A DNA stretch of 64,000 nucleotides from a virus. A program made the position numbers and the translations under genes. The stretch lies in IMG/VR virus record IMGVR_UViG_3300025705_000581, one strand, 5' to 3'. Positions 53,451-63,508 of this stretch are shown one piece after another; position 1 is the stretch's first letter; every line of letters begins with the position of its first letter. The notes beneath the pieces were generated by a model. It searched no databases. It was given only the letters and a program-made list of their open reading frames with translations, and was not told the DNA's origin.

Positions 53451-56400
53451 TGGCTATTACCAAAAGAAGCACTAAAGGCACCTCATTAACATATAATGAG
53501 ATGGACGATAACTTTGAAGCAATCGCACCGAGAACATCCGCGGAAGGTTCACTGCAATTACCATCAGGTTCAACAACCCAACGAGATACAACACCGGTTA
53601 ATGGTTATATACGATATAACAGTACACTGAACCAATTTGAAGGTTATGTGAGTGGGCAATGGGAACGGGTTGAGTCAACAACACAAGTTGGTACAGCAAA
53701 CCAAAATGCGTTTTCTGAATTTATTATTGCAGGACAAACAAGTATCCTGGCGGATGCTGTCACGGATAGTATTACTTTTGCAAACAATGCTGGTATTTCT
53801 ATTACGACCGATCCGTTAACCTCAACAATAACTTTTGAAAACACATCTATCCAAGATTTTGCTTTCTCAAGTTTAACAGGTGTACCAACAACAATTAGCG
53901 GTTATGGTATTACCGATGCATTTGATGGTGACTATACGAACTTAACAAATAAACCTACCATACCGACTAATAACAATGAGCTATTAAACGGTGCAGGATA
54001 TATCAGTTCGTTTACAGAAACCGATCCTGTATTCTCGGCATCCGCTGCTGCAAATATCATTTCGTCACAAGTTAGTAATTGGGATACTGCATATGGTTGG
54101 GGTGACCATTCTGTTCAAGGATATATCACTACCGAATCAAATGACTTAACTGTTGGTGTTACGTGGGTAACAGTTCCTGATCTTTATATTGCCAACACCG
54201 CGGTTGTTCAGCATCAGGCTGACCTATCAATTACTGAAAGTCAAATATCTGATCTTGGATCATATATAACTGAGGTACCTTCTGAATATTTAACCGAGAC
54301 TGAAGGTGATGCTCGATATGTTGCTACCGAGACTGATCCTGTATTTAGTGCGCATACAACTTCAAATATTGTTGATGGCACAGGCTATCTTTATAATAAC
54401 GGTAGCGGAACATGGATTTACGGTATACCAGGTGGTGGCGGTGGATCTGAGGTAAACGATTTAACAAGTGTAGTTACGTGGACAACAGTTCCTAATGCAT
54501 ATATTTCAGAATCAAGTGTTACACAACACCAAGCCGCATTATCAATTACTGAAAGCCAAATATCTGATTTTGGTAGTTACCTTGCCGATGATTATACTTA
54601 TACTGAAACTGATCCTATATTCTTGGCATCACCAGTTGGATCGGTAACAACAACACAAGTTAATAATTGGGATACTGCTTATGGTTGGGGTGACCACTCA
54701 ACACAAGGATATCTGACAGGTTCAGGTATTACCGAAACCGATCCTGTCTTTACCGCAGCGACAGTTAGTAGTATTACTGATGGTACAGGTTATCTTACAA
54801 ACGACGGGTCAGGTAATTGGTCTTATGTTTCACCAAGTACTTTTATTACTCAAGGTAATGAAACAGTCACAACTTTAACTGCTGATTCAGTAAATCAAAG
54901 ATTGGTATATACCGACGAAGATGGTACAAGTAATAATATTGATTTATCTTGGACAATTGATGATACCAATCTTGCAAGACTTACATCAGGATCCGTTAAT
55001 TCTAACACAAAGATTGCCACATTTACTCGAGATGATAATACAACCTTTACAATAGATTTTAGTTCAATTGCCGCACCTTTAACAGGTTTGGTTGATGGTG
55101 ACTTCACATCGGAAGGTTTGATGAAAAGAGGTCAAAATGCCGGTGATTATGAAATCATAACCGATAATTCTAGTAATTGGAATACTGCCTATGGTTGGGG
55201 AGATCACAGTACAGCAGGTTATAGCACTACATCTTATTCAAACTCCGATGTTGATGCGCACTTAAATCAAGGTAGTGCATCCTCAGGTCAACTCCTAAGT
55301 TGGAACGGATCAGATTATCAATTTGTTGATCCTTCTTCAAGTGGTATTGCACTTACTGATTTAAGTGTGATTACAAATACACCAGGATCACCTACTTTAT
55401 CTTATAATAATTCAACAGGACAATTTACTTATACTCCACCAGATTTAAGTTCTTACATAACAAGCGAAACGTCACACGTCGACGTTGTTGTTGATGGCGA
55501 CTTTGCAACTACAGGATTGATGAAAAGAGGTGTAAGTGCAGGATCTTATTCAACAATCACAGATAATTCCAGCGATTGGAATACTGCTTATGGTTGGGGT
55601 GACCACGCTCAAGCAGGTTATGCAACAGGTACTCTTTATACCGATACTGATGTTGATAACCATTTAAATAGTTCAACTGCAACTGTTAATCAAATATTAT
55701 CATGGACAGGCGCAGATTACGATTGGATAACATTAGCAACATCAAGTTATGGTGATAGTGATGTGGACACGCACTTAAATCAAGCATCCGCTGGAACAAA
55801 CAATGTTTTAATTTGGGATGGTACTGACTATGCATGGACAACACAAGTATCAGGTGGCATTGCCTCAGTTAATGATGATACTTCTCCATCATTAGGCGGT
55901 AACTTAGATCTTAACGGATATAACATTAGTGGTACAATAATTGACCTTAACGCAACAAGTTATGTCGGTATTCCTGGCACAACTCTCGATGGCGGTAAGC
56001 TTATGCTTAATAAAGGGCAAACAGGTACGCCATCATCAGCTACATCCAATTACTCTTATATTGCAGTCGAACGCGGTAACTCTAATGACGTATCCCTTCG
56101 TTGGAATGAAGGTACGGACAAATGGGAATTTACAAATAACGGCACCTCTTGGGAAGAAATGGGATCAAACACACCTGATTGGTCATCTATTCAAAATACT
56201 CCTACAACCATTTCAGGATACGGAATTACCGACGCATATGATAATTCCGCGGTTGATACACACTTAAACCTCGGTACAGCACAAGTAAACGAAGTACTTA
56301 CTTGGGATGGTTCTGACTATGCATGGTCACAAGCAACAGGTGGTGCAGCTGCAACTGAGAATGTTAATTATGTTACCATATCAGGATCAACAACAATTCT

Positions 56401-58714
56401 TCTTGCTAACGAAGGTCATTTTAACTTAAGTATTACAAGTGCATCAAACGGAGCAACCATTTTCCTTTCAGGTACAGGATTTACTCCATCGGACGAGTTC
56501 CATGAATTTTATGTTCTATATGTTAGATCAACAAGTTCAAGCCCTGTTATTACCTGGGACTCAAATATCTTTTGGGCATATCCAGGCGGTGCACCTGCCT
56601 TACCTGATTTTGGTAAAAGTACTCTTATAAGATTTGTTAGTTATAATGCAAATGCCGTGTCACCATCTGTACCTTATTATACTGCTTTTGTTGAAGTAGA
56701 AAACATATTACCCGACGGCCGTGGTGGACAAAACGCAGGATCATTTAATTATAGTGTCGCATATACAGGCACGCTGCCTGTGAAATTTGGCGGCGCGGTT
56801 TCACCTGAACCCGGTGTACAAGATGGTAATGTTTATGGGGCAGGAAACTTTGGTGATGGCGCGCATTGGTTTAATATTGATGGTGATACTCCTGGATATA
56901 TTTGGGGCCATGCATCAGGCGCTTTATATTGTGTTGCTACACAACAATTTGGCGGTGGTGCTTATCAGCCTGGTACTGAGTCAATGTTTGAAAGTAACCA
57001 ATTTAAAGACTTAAGTTCTACTGCAGCAAATTCACCGTTTATGAGTCCAGACGGACTTAAGTATTACAAAGTTACTAACGATTACAGCCAATCGCCTTCT
57101 GGATATAAACTTCAACAGCATACCGTAGGTACTGCATTTGATTTAAGTACGATAGCTTCAAGTCCAACCAACACTATTCAAATTACCGATACGGCAACAA
57201 ACCAAAACTTCTATGATAGTAGTGGAAATTGGGGACGGCCTACTCATATAAATTTTTCAAGTGATGGTACAAAGTTGTTTATTGGCGGAAGAATTGCAGT
57301 ATTAGCAAGATATGATTTAAGTGTAGCTTGGGATATTTCCACCGTAACTTTTTCATCAGGTACTATTGCTCAAGCAGATCAGGCGGTACGGTTCCAATCC
57401 TCAACATCAACCACAAGCAGTGGGAGCTGGTTTATGACAAAGGATGGATCTCAGGTTTGGTTCCAAAATGGCCAATCAGGTGCCATTATGAGTGTTAATA
57501 TTCCAACACCTTATGATTTATCTTCAGTAACAAATCCAACTACGGATCCTGTATCACAAGGTAACTATTCTGGTGAATCATCAGCATGGCCGTCAAATGG
57601 TTATCCCGGTGGTCTCCTATGGAGTGAGGCAACCGCAACAGAAGCAGCAGGTAAATATTTCTTTATGATAAGAAATGCATCAGGTTCTTGCCCGACGTGC
57701 CATCGTGGAACTTGTAGCACTCCATACGATTTATCTACAATTACCTGGGATGAAATTTTACCCACAGGTAGTAATATAGGAGCGTTAAGGGATCAAAACG
57801 ATAATAATGAAATCTCTCTAACGATTAATATGGAAGATGGCATATATTTTAGAAACGAAAGTCAAGCAAGTAGCACAGATAATTACGTCGTGGTTTTAAG
57901 TTATACGAACTCTGCCTATGGGTTACAGAGATGGGTACATTCAATATCTAACGGTAAGATTAATACAATAAATCCATTGTATTATGCCGACGATAGTAAT
58001 TATGACGGAGGGGAATACAGACCATTTGGCGTAGACTTTACTCAAACTGAACAAATGGTATTTTTGGAAAGAAGAAGACAATCTGGCAGTCCTATTACTT
58101 ATAATTGGTATATAACTTATTGCGCTAAGCAAATTACAAGTGGTTCAGCTACGTTACCTGGACTTTCACGTAAAGATATTACAAGCGTGATAACCGAAGG
58201 CGGCACAGTGTCAAGCCTGAGCCAAATGTATGTAGTCGGTTTACAGTTAAGAAAAGATCAGCTTTGGGCAACCAACGGTAACCCTGAAATGTATATCTTG
58301 AAAATGATTGGGGCACCAAGCCAGGTTTATCTCCAAAGAGTTGTTAATACGGCAGGTAGAACATCGGCAAATAACAGTAATGCCGGTTGGTCCACCTCAG
58401 CCCCTTATACAGTATTAGATTTATATAACTTAACAAACTATCCTCAAAATTCTAGGATTGCTGATTTTGTTATAACTCCTGACGGTACAAGAATTATTTG
58501 TGTATTTGAAGATGCGTCTTTGCATCAGTGGTCAATGTCCTCAGCTTGGGATATTACAAGTACAATTACTCACGACGGATCACAGTATATACCGATTAAA
58601 CGAGCAACTGCTAATATGCCTACACATATCCGTTTTAATTCAGACGGTACATTAGTTTACATTGTGAATAGAGATGGCATGGTTTATCAATATTCAGTTC
58701 TATTAGATATTTAA
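53450..58714 (+). CDS. Long tail fibre / receptor-binding protein with internal repeats
   Basis: LTYNEMDDNF N-terminus, GYIRYN, PTTISGYGITDA x2, WxTAYGWGDH x4, C-terminal propeller-like AWDIST repeats; followed by a chaperone gene. Confidence 0.85.
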   Translation: MAITKRSTKGTSLTYNEMDDNFEAIAPRTSAEGSLQLPSGSTTQRDTTPVNGYIRYNSTLNQFEGYVSGQWERVESTTQVGTANQNAFSEFIIAGQTSILADAVTDSITFANNAGISITTDPLTSTITFENTSIQDFAFSSLTGVPTTISGYGITDAFDGDYTNLTNKPTIPTNNNELLNGAGYISSFTETDPVFSASAAANIISSQVSNWDTAYGWGDHSVQGYITTESNDLTVGVTWVTVPDLYIANTAVVQHQADLSITESQISDLGSYITEVPSEYLTETEGDARYVATETDPVFSAHTTSNIVDGTGYLYNNGSGTWIYGIPGGGGGSEVNDLTSVVTWTTVPNAYISESSVTQHQAALSITESQISDFGSYLADDYTYTETDPIFLASPVGSVTTTQVNNWDTAYGWGDHSTQGYLTGSGITETDPVFTAATVSSITDGTGYLTNDGSGNWSYVSPSTFITQGNETVTTLTADSVNQRLVYTDEDGTSNNIDLSWTIDDTNLARLTSGSVNSNTKIATFTRDDNTTFTIDFSSIAAPLTGLVDGDFTSEGLMKRGQNAGDYEIITDNSSNWNTAYGWGDHSTAGYSTTSYSNSDVDAHLNQGSASSGQLLSWNGSDYQFVDPSSSGIALTDLSVITNTPGSPTLSYNNSTGQFTYTPPDLSSYITSETSHVDVVVDGDFATTGLMKRGVSAGSYSTITDNSSDWNTAYGWGDHAQAGYATGTLYTDTDVDNHLNSSTATVNQILSWTGADYDWITLATSSYGDSDVDTHLNQASAGTNNVLIWDGTDYAWTTQVSGGIASVNDDTSPSLGGNLDLNGYNISGTIIDLNATSYVGIPGTTLDGGKLMLNKGQTGTPSSATSNYSYIAVERGNSNDVSLRWNEGTDKWEFTNNGTSWEEMGSNTPDWSSIQNTPTTISGYGITDAYDNSAVDTHLNLGTAQVNEVLTWDGSDYAWSQATGGAAATENVNYVTISGSTTILLANEGHFNLSITSASNGATIFLSGTGFTPSDEFHEFYVLYVRSTSSSPVITWDSNIFWAYPGGAPALPDFGKSTLIRFVSYNANAVSPSVPYYTAFVEVENILPDGRGGQNAGSFNYSVAYTGTLPVKFGGAVSPEPGVQDGNVYGAGNFGDGAHWFNIDGDTPGYIWGHASGALYCVATQQFGGGAYQPGTESMFESNQFKDLSSTAANSPFMSPDGLKYYKVTNDYSQSPSGYKLQQHTVGTAFDLSTIASSPTNTIQITDTATNQNFYDSSGNWGRPTHINFSSDGTKLFIGGRIAVLARYDLSVAWDISTVTFSSGTIAQADQAVRFQSSTSTTSSGSWFMTKDGSQVWFQNGQSGAIMSVNIPTPYDLSSVTNPTTDPVSQGNYSGESSAWPSNGYPGGLLWSEATATEAAGKYFFMIRNASGSCPTCHRGTCSTPYDLSTITWDEILPTGSNIGALRDQNDNNEISLTINMEDGIYFRNESQASSTDNYVVVLSYTNSAYGLQRWVHSISNGKINTINPLYYADDSNYDGGEYRPFGVDFTQTEQMVFLERRRQSGSPITYNWYITYCAKQITSGSATLPGLSRKDITSVITEGGTVSSLSQMYVVGLQLRKDQLWATNGNPEMYILKMIGAPSQVYLQRVVNTAGRTSANNSNAGWSTSAPYTVLDLYNLTNYPQNSRIADFVITPDGTRIICVFEDASLHQWSMSSAWDITSTITHDGSQYIPIKRATANMPTHIRFNSDGTLVYIVNRDGMVYQYSVLLDI
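54075..55621 (+). repeat. Four intragenic WD/NTAYGWGDHxxxGY repeats
   Basis: Copies near 54075, 54662, 55172 and 55571. Confidence 0.85.
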
Positions 58715-58726
58715 GGAAAGAGAATA

Positions 58727-59158
58727 ATGCTTATACGAGTTAATGAAGATGGTACAATAATATATCCAATAGAAGGTAAGGACATTAAAAAGTACGTTGA
58801 ATTAGAAGGACTTGAGGTTGAAGATTTTACTGATTTGGATCTCTCAACAATTAGGATATATCCAGTTGATATACAAAATCCTGTAGGTACTGAATCGCAA
58901 TCCGCGGTGCAGCATACCGAACCGACATTGGTTGATGGCAATTGGGTTTTAGGATTTGATTTAGTATACCATGCTGATGAGGAATTAATTCAAAGCGCAA
59001 GTATTAAAAGGTGGACACTATTATCTGAAACTGATTGGATGGCATTATCGGATGTGACCATAAGTGATGATTGGAGAACCTATCGACAAGCACTGCGTGA
59101 TATTACTGAACAGGACGGATATCCTCAGATTATTAATTGGCCAACAAAACCTAGTTGA
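58727..59158 (+). CDS. Tail fibre assembly chaperone
   Basis: LLSETDW...WRTYRQALRDITEQDGYP...WPTKP. Confidence 0.85.
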   Translation: MLIRVNEDGTIIYPIEGKDIKKYVELEGLEVEDFTDLDLSTIRIYPVDIQNPVGTESQSAVQHTEPTLVDGNWVLGFDLVYHADEELIQSASIKRWTLLSETDWMALSDVTISDDWRTYRQALRDITEQDGYPQIINWPTKPS

Positions 59159-59183
59159 CAAGTTCCTGCTTCTATGATATTAT
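59155..59183 (+). promoter_or_regulatory. sigma70-type promoter
   Basis: TTGACA-N17-TATTAT. Confidence 0.65.
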
Positions 59184-59210
59184 ACAATGGAATCAGATAA
59201 AGGATATATT

Positions 59211-59876
59211 ATGTTTAACCATGTTGACCACGGTGTTGTGTTACCAAAGATTACACGAGGTGCAGTAAACGGTCACCGCAAGTACTACACACCTGAAGGT
59301 AATGCTTACCCATCAATTACAACAGTTTTATCCATACTTTCAAAAGAAGGAATTATGGAATGGCGTAAACGTGTTGGTGAAGAGGAAGCAAATAAGATTT
59401 CTCGTCAAGCAGCAACTCGTGGTACAGCAGTACACAAACTTGCTGAAGATTACCTTAACAATGATCCAAATTGGCAAGGTAAACAAATGCCTGCTAATTT
59501 AAATTCATTTAATGATTTGAGAAAGATTATCGACGGCCGTTTAGATAACGTGTGGATGCAAGAAGAGTTTCTTTACAGTGATAAACTTAAGACTGCAGGT
59601 CAGGTTGATTGTATTGCCGAATACGATGGTGAACTATCAGTAATTGATTTTAAAACAAGTCGTAAACCAAAGAAGGCAGAATGGATTGAAGGTTACTTTA
59701 TTCAAGCATCATTTTATGCCGCGGCATTCCTTGAAAGAACAGGTATACCAATCAAACAAGCAGTAATCCTTATTACAGTTGATGGCCATGAGGCACAAGT
59801 ATTTAAGATCAGAACATTTGATTATCTTGAACACTTCCTTGCGGTCCGTAAAAAATATGGTGAAGTAAATGAATAA
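59211..59876 (+). CDS. PD-(D/E)xK exonuclease (T4-like marine phage type)
   Basis: YPSITTVL, RGTAVH, AGQVDCIA...VIDFKTS, QASFY. Confidence 0.85.
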   Translation: MFNHVDHGVVLPKITRGAVNGHRKYYTPEGNAYPSITTVLSILSKEGIMEWRKRVGEEEANKISRQAATRGTAVHKLAEDYLNNDPNWQGKQMPANLNSFNDLRKIIDGRLDNVWMQEEFLYSDKLKTAGQVDCIAEYDGELSVIDFKTSRKPKKAEWIEGYFIQASFYAAAFLERTGIPIKQAVILITVDGHEAQVFKIRTFDYLEHFLAVRKKYGEVNE

Positions 59877-59940
59877 TTTGAAATTAAATCAAATTAACCA
59901 TTGACATTTGGTATAGAATCAGTTATATTAGAATCATCAA
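59875..59940 (+). repeat. Early promoter cassette, copy B
   Basis: Matches 50761-50826; TTGACA 59901, TATATT 59924, GAATC 59916 and 59931. Confidence 0.9.
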
Positions 59941-59955
59941 ATAAAGGAAACTACT

Positions 59956-60300
59956 ATGACAAACTTCGACAAAACAAAATTTGAATTCCACGGCGGTTAC
60001 TTGACATACAAAGGTGATTACGAAGGTCGCCCTGTCTATAAAGAAGGCAAAAATGTTCATCCTTCAAACGTAGGTCGCGGAATTGATTTGTTTATCGCTC
60101 GTTTCAAGTACAGTGGTACACCAATCACAAAAGCAAAATTTCTTAAAGAACTGATTAGAAATTTTACTGTTGAAGAATATGTTGCAGCTCGCAACGGTCA
60201 CGAAGTTGCACCGACAAGAGTTCTTGATAACAAAAACCCAGGTTGGTCCGATAAGATTGTAGTAGCTTGGCGTGATAAGCGAGGTATGAAATCACTATGA
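59956..60300 (+). CDS. Hypothetical protein
   Basis: 114 aa, SD AAGG. Confidence 0.75.
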   Translation: MTNFDKTKFEFHGGYLTYKGDYEGRPVYKEGKNVHPSNVGRGIDLFIARFKYSGTPITKAKFLKELIRNFTVEEYVAARNGHEVAPTRVLDNKNPGWSDKIVVAWRDKRGMKSL

Positions 60301-60866
60301 ATATATTTGTCCTTGATGAGAACCCCAAAATTGCGGCACAGATGGTCTGTGATAAGCATTGCTCAAAGATGATTATTGAGTCCGGGCAAATGCTTTCTAC
60401 GGCCCATAGAATGCTTGACGGCTATATAGAACCGCGGCCTTCTAAATCAGGAAAACGTATCGTAAAATATTACGTTCATCCTGACACTGAAATGGAGAAT
60501 ATTCTATACAAAGCGGTGCATCATTATCATCCTTGCACCGTTTGGTCGACGTTATCAAAAGCCAATTATATATGGCATTATGAGCACTTTCTAGGCCTGA
60601 TAGAAGAATTCTCAGTGCGGTACAAAAAGTATCATATGACTGCGAGTAAGCTTAAGGATATCCTTGCCAGTCCTCCGCAGAATATACCGGATATTGGTAT
60701 AACAGAATTTCCACAAGCAATGAATAATTTTCCTTTATGTAAGGTTGAAGGTAATCCTGTTAGTGCATATCGCAAGTATTATAGTATGACTAAACATTTT
60801 GCAAAATGGGAAAAAGGTCGTGAAGCGCCTGCGTGGTGGCAAGGATTTGTAGGATATCCAGCATGA
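60297..60866 (+). CDS. Pyrimidine-dimer DNA glycosylase-like protein
   Basis: MNIFVLD...CDKH..KMIIESGQMLST...HPCTVW. Confidence 0.75.
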   Translation: MNIFVLDENPKIAAQMVCDKHCSKMIIESGQMLSTAHRMLDGYIEPRPSKSGKRIVKYYVHPDTEMENILYKAVHHYHPCTVWSTLSKANYIWHYEHFLGLIEEFSVRYKKYHMTASKLKDILASPPQNIPDIGITEFPQAMNNFPLCKVEGNPVSAYRKYYSMTKHFAKWEKGREAPAWWQGFVGYPA

Positions 60867-61189
60867 GATATATTCTGTTGGATGAAGATGCTGGTATCTT
60901 TTTAGGTACACATAAAGTTCCTTTAGGTAATAACGAATACGAAGGTTTTGTCATATTTTCATTACACAACCCGTTTGGAATCACAAAGGCATATTCGTTT
61001 GATAATATAAAAGATGCTCAACTTTATATGCTGTCTTTTCTTATTGACGAATTTCCTGATATCCGTGTACTTGAAATTGAATGTCAAAACAAATACGTTG
61101 ATGTTGTTGACCTACTAAAGAACGGTCTTGATGAGTGGACCTTTGATATGATTGATAATATTCCAATGATAAATGATACGGTTCATTAA
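60863..61189 (+). CDS. Hypothetical protein
   Basis: Start at MRYIL. Confidence 0.7.
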   Translation: MRYILLDEDAGIFLGTHKVPLGNNEYEGFVIFSLHNPFGITKAYSFDNIKDAQLYMLSFLIDEFPDIRVLEIECQNKYVDVVDLLKNGLDEWTFDMIDNIPMINDTVH

Positions 61190-61196
61190 TTTCTTT

Positions 61197-61248
61197 TTAA
61201 ATCAAATTAACTATTGACATTTGCTGTCGAATCAGTTATATTAGAATC
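61197..61248 (+). promoter_or_regulatory. Early promoter, repeated GAATC-type family
   Basis: TTAAATCAAATTAAC-TA-TTGACA(61214)-N17-TATATT; GAATC 61229 and 61244. Confidence 0.85.
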
Positions 61249-61269
61249 AATAACAAAAGGAATATAACT

Positions 61270-61590
61270 ATGACAAATCAAGCTGTAGCATACTGGATCG
61301 AAACTCCTCTTACAAAAGTAAACGCACTAATCGCTAAATATCACGCATACGCAAAAGATGAAGATCGTTCTTCTGCTATGTATGATGAAGATGCGAATGA
61401 TGTTATGCAAGCATTGTCTTACTTCCGTCAATCTGATACCGAAGCACTTTCACAACACGTTCAATTCATGGATACTTCACCTCGTGAAGATTTGATTGAA
61501 GCATTTTATTTTGATTGTGGCAAAGACTTCGTTGAGCACGTTCTTGGTTATGAAATGAGCCAATCATGGAAAGATGCTAATTTGATTTAA
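61270..61590 (+). CDS. Hypothetical protein
   Basis: 106 aa. Confidence 0.75.
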   Translation: MTNQAVAYWIETPLTKVNALIAKYHAYAKDEDRSSAMYDEDANDVMQALSYFRQSDTEALSQHVQFMDTSPREDLIEAFYFDCGKDFVEHVLGYEMSQSWKDANLI

Positions 61591-61633
61591 TTTCAAATTA
61601 ACTATTGACAATCTCAATAGAATCAGTTATATT
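61587..61633 (+). promoter_or_regulatory. Early promoter with TTAA-N7-TTAAC box
   Basis: TTAA-tttcaaa-TTAAC-TA-TTGACA(61605)-N17-TATATT; GAATC 61620. Confidence 0.85.
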
Positions 61634-61669
61634 AAATATATCGTAACAAACAATCTTAGGAAAAATATC

Positions 61670-62623
61670 ATGGCACACGAACTTGAAATGGTAAACGGCG
61701 AAGCACAAATGGCATATCGCAAAAGTCAAGGATTACCTTGGCACGGTCTAGGTACACCTGTAGATGATAATATGTCACCACAGGAAATGATGCAAGCCGC
61801 AGGACTTGATTGGTCAGTTGAAGAAGTAGAATGTTTTGCCCCTTGGAAAGGTGAGAATATTGCCACAGGAACAAAGGCACTTATCCGTTCAACTGATGGT
61901 AAAGTACTAACACAAGTCGGTAAGAATTGGAACCCAGTTCAGAATTCCGACGCATTTGATTTCTTTACTGAATTTGTATCAAACGGTGATATGCAGATGG
62001 ATACTGCAGGATCACTTAAAGATGGCAAACTCGTATGGGCAATGGCAGACGTAAATGACGGTTTCTCATTGTTTAACGGTGATGAAGTAAACGGTTACTT
62101 GTTGTTTTCAAACCCACATATGTATGGTAAAGCAATTGATATTAAATTCGTAATGGAACGTGTTGTATGTAACAATACATTGGCAGTGGCATTAAATGAA
62201 AAAGGTCAGCCATCCGTTCGTATGAACCACCGTTCAGTTTTTGATCCTGTAAAGGTTAAAGAAATTCTTGGCCTTGGTCATAACAAGGTTCAGCAATTCA
62301 AAGAAGCTGCTGAGTTCTTAGGTACTCGTCGCTACACTGATGAGAAACTTACCGAGTTCTTTGGTGTTGTATTTGGCAAATCAACAAAGGAAAAAGAAAT
62401 CCTTGCACGTACAGCAAAAGAAGCAATGGCATTGGTTGAAGATCAACCCGGTGCGGATTTTGCACCAGGCACATGGTGGAATGCTTATAATGCTGTTACT
62501 TATATGACTGACCATAAACTAGGTCGTTCTGCCGACTCACGTATGGCATCAGCATGGTTTGGTGGAAATGCAAAACGTAAAGTTGACGCACTTGATACAG
62601 CATTGGAAATGGCAAATGCTTGA
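61670..62623 (+). CDS. DUF932-family protein
   Basis: PWHGLG, AGLDW, RVVCNNTL, GTWWNAYNAVT. Confidence 0.85.
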   Translation: MAHELEMVNGEAQMAYRKSQGLPWHGLGTPVDDNMSPQEMMQAAGLDWSVEEVECFAPWKGENIATGTKALIRSTDGKVLTQVGKNWNPVQNSDAFDFFTEFVSNGDMQMDTAGSLKDGKLVWAMADVNDGFSLFNGDEVNGYLLFSNPHMYGKAIDIKFVMERVVCNNTLAVALNEKGQPSVRMNHRSVFDPVKVKEILGLGHNKVQQFKEAAEFLGTRRYTDEKLTEFFGVVFGKSTKEKEILARTAKEAMALVEDQPGADFAPGTWWNAYNAVTYMTDHKLGRSADSRMASAWFGGNAKRKVDALDTALEMANA

Positions 62624-62644
62624 TATTAAATCAGTTATAATTTG

Positions 62645-62671
62645 GGGAGTAGCTTGCGGGCTACTCCTTAT
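62645..62671 (+). terminator. Terminator-like hairpin
   Basis: GGAGTAGC-ttgcgg-GCTACTCC-TTATT after DUF932. Confidence 0.65.
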
Positions 62672-62717
62672 TCTCGCCGATCCATTAATGATTATCCGAC
62701 CACTATAGGGGCACTAA

Positions 62718-63086
62718 ATGTATTATTCATTACTATTTTCACTATTACATCTTGCAAGTATTTCAATGTATTCTTATTTGCAAGATGAACGATATTTAGT
62801 TATCGCGGGCGCAATGCTTGTTTGGTCACTATTTAATTTTATCAAAGTTGGGGCGTTAGTTCTATCACCACAATTTGAAATATCTCTCGATTTGAATGAA
62901 GATATTCCTTTATCTCATAAGTATTTGCTAATCTGTACATCAGCACTATCGGCATACGCAATATGGTCTATAGGTTATAGTTTTTTCGCAGGGTTTTCTG
63001 CCGTCTATATTATAACTGTATTTGTATCTTTAACTATCCAACTATTTGATATTGATATGACAACTACAGATGAGGATGAAGAATGA
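62718..63086 (+). CDS. Hypothetical multi-pass membrane protein
   Basis: About four hydrophobic segments. Confidence 0.7.
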   Translation: MYYSLLFSLLHLASISMYSYLQDERYLVIAGAMLVWSLFNFIKVGALVLSPQFEISLDLNEDIPLSHKYLLICTSALSAYAIWSIGYSFFAGFSAVYIITVFVSLTIQLFDIDMTTTDEDEE

Positions 63087-63508
63087 AGATTTTAATATTT
63101 GGCTTGCCGGGTTCAGGTAAAACCTGGCTTGCCGAACGACTACAAAAGCGTTTGGATTGCGCTTGGTTCAATGCCGATAAAATCCGTGAAATGGCAAACG
63201 ACTGGGAATTTAGTGAAGCTGCTCGTTTACGCCAAGCTTATCGTATGAAAGGTATTGCTGATTACGAAAAAGAAATGAGACGAATGGTTATCTGTGATTT
63301 CGTTTGTCCGCTTGAAGAAACGAGAGAAATCTTTGATGCCGATTATACCGTATGGATGGATACTATCCAAGAAGGTCGATTTGGTGATACTAATAAAATG
63401 TTTCAAAAACCTTCAAAGGTTAATTACCATGTAGAAAAATGGTTTGATAACACAGATGAATCTTTAGCAGATGCTATTGAAAGACATATAAGGATTAATA
63501 ATGTTTGA
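63083..63508 (+). CDS. Adenylylsulfate (APS) kinase-like P-loop protein
   Basis: GLPGSGKT, FNADKIRE, DWEFS...RLRQA, ICDFVCP. Confidence 0.75.
   Translation: MKILIFGLPGSGKTWLAERLQKRLDCAWFNADKIREMANDWEFSEAARLRQAYRMKGIADYEKEMRRMVICDFVCPLEETREIFDADYTVWMDTIQEGRFGDTNKMFQKPSKVNYHVEKWFDNTDESLADAIERHIRINNV

Noticed and set aside
54075-56330. Repeats read as a CRISPR array
   Set aside because: They are in-frame, degenerate at third codon positions and irregularly spaced: protein repeats.
53450-58714. HxH iron-binding motifs in the tail fibre (iron Trojan-horse idea)
   Set aside because: No repeated HxH motifs were seen in the distal fibre.
693-61880. All other minus-strand and nested alternative-frame ORFs in the track
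   Set aside because: They overlap well-supported + strand genes, lack motifs and SDs, and the whole window is transcribed on +.
62640-62717. Possible tRNA or ncRNA after DUF932
   Set aside because: Only a single hairpin, with no cloverleaf, TpsiC motif or CCA; called a terminator instead. No tRNA was recognised anywhere in the window.
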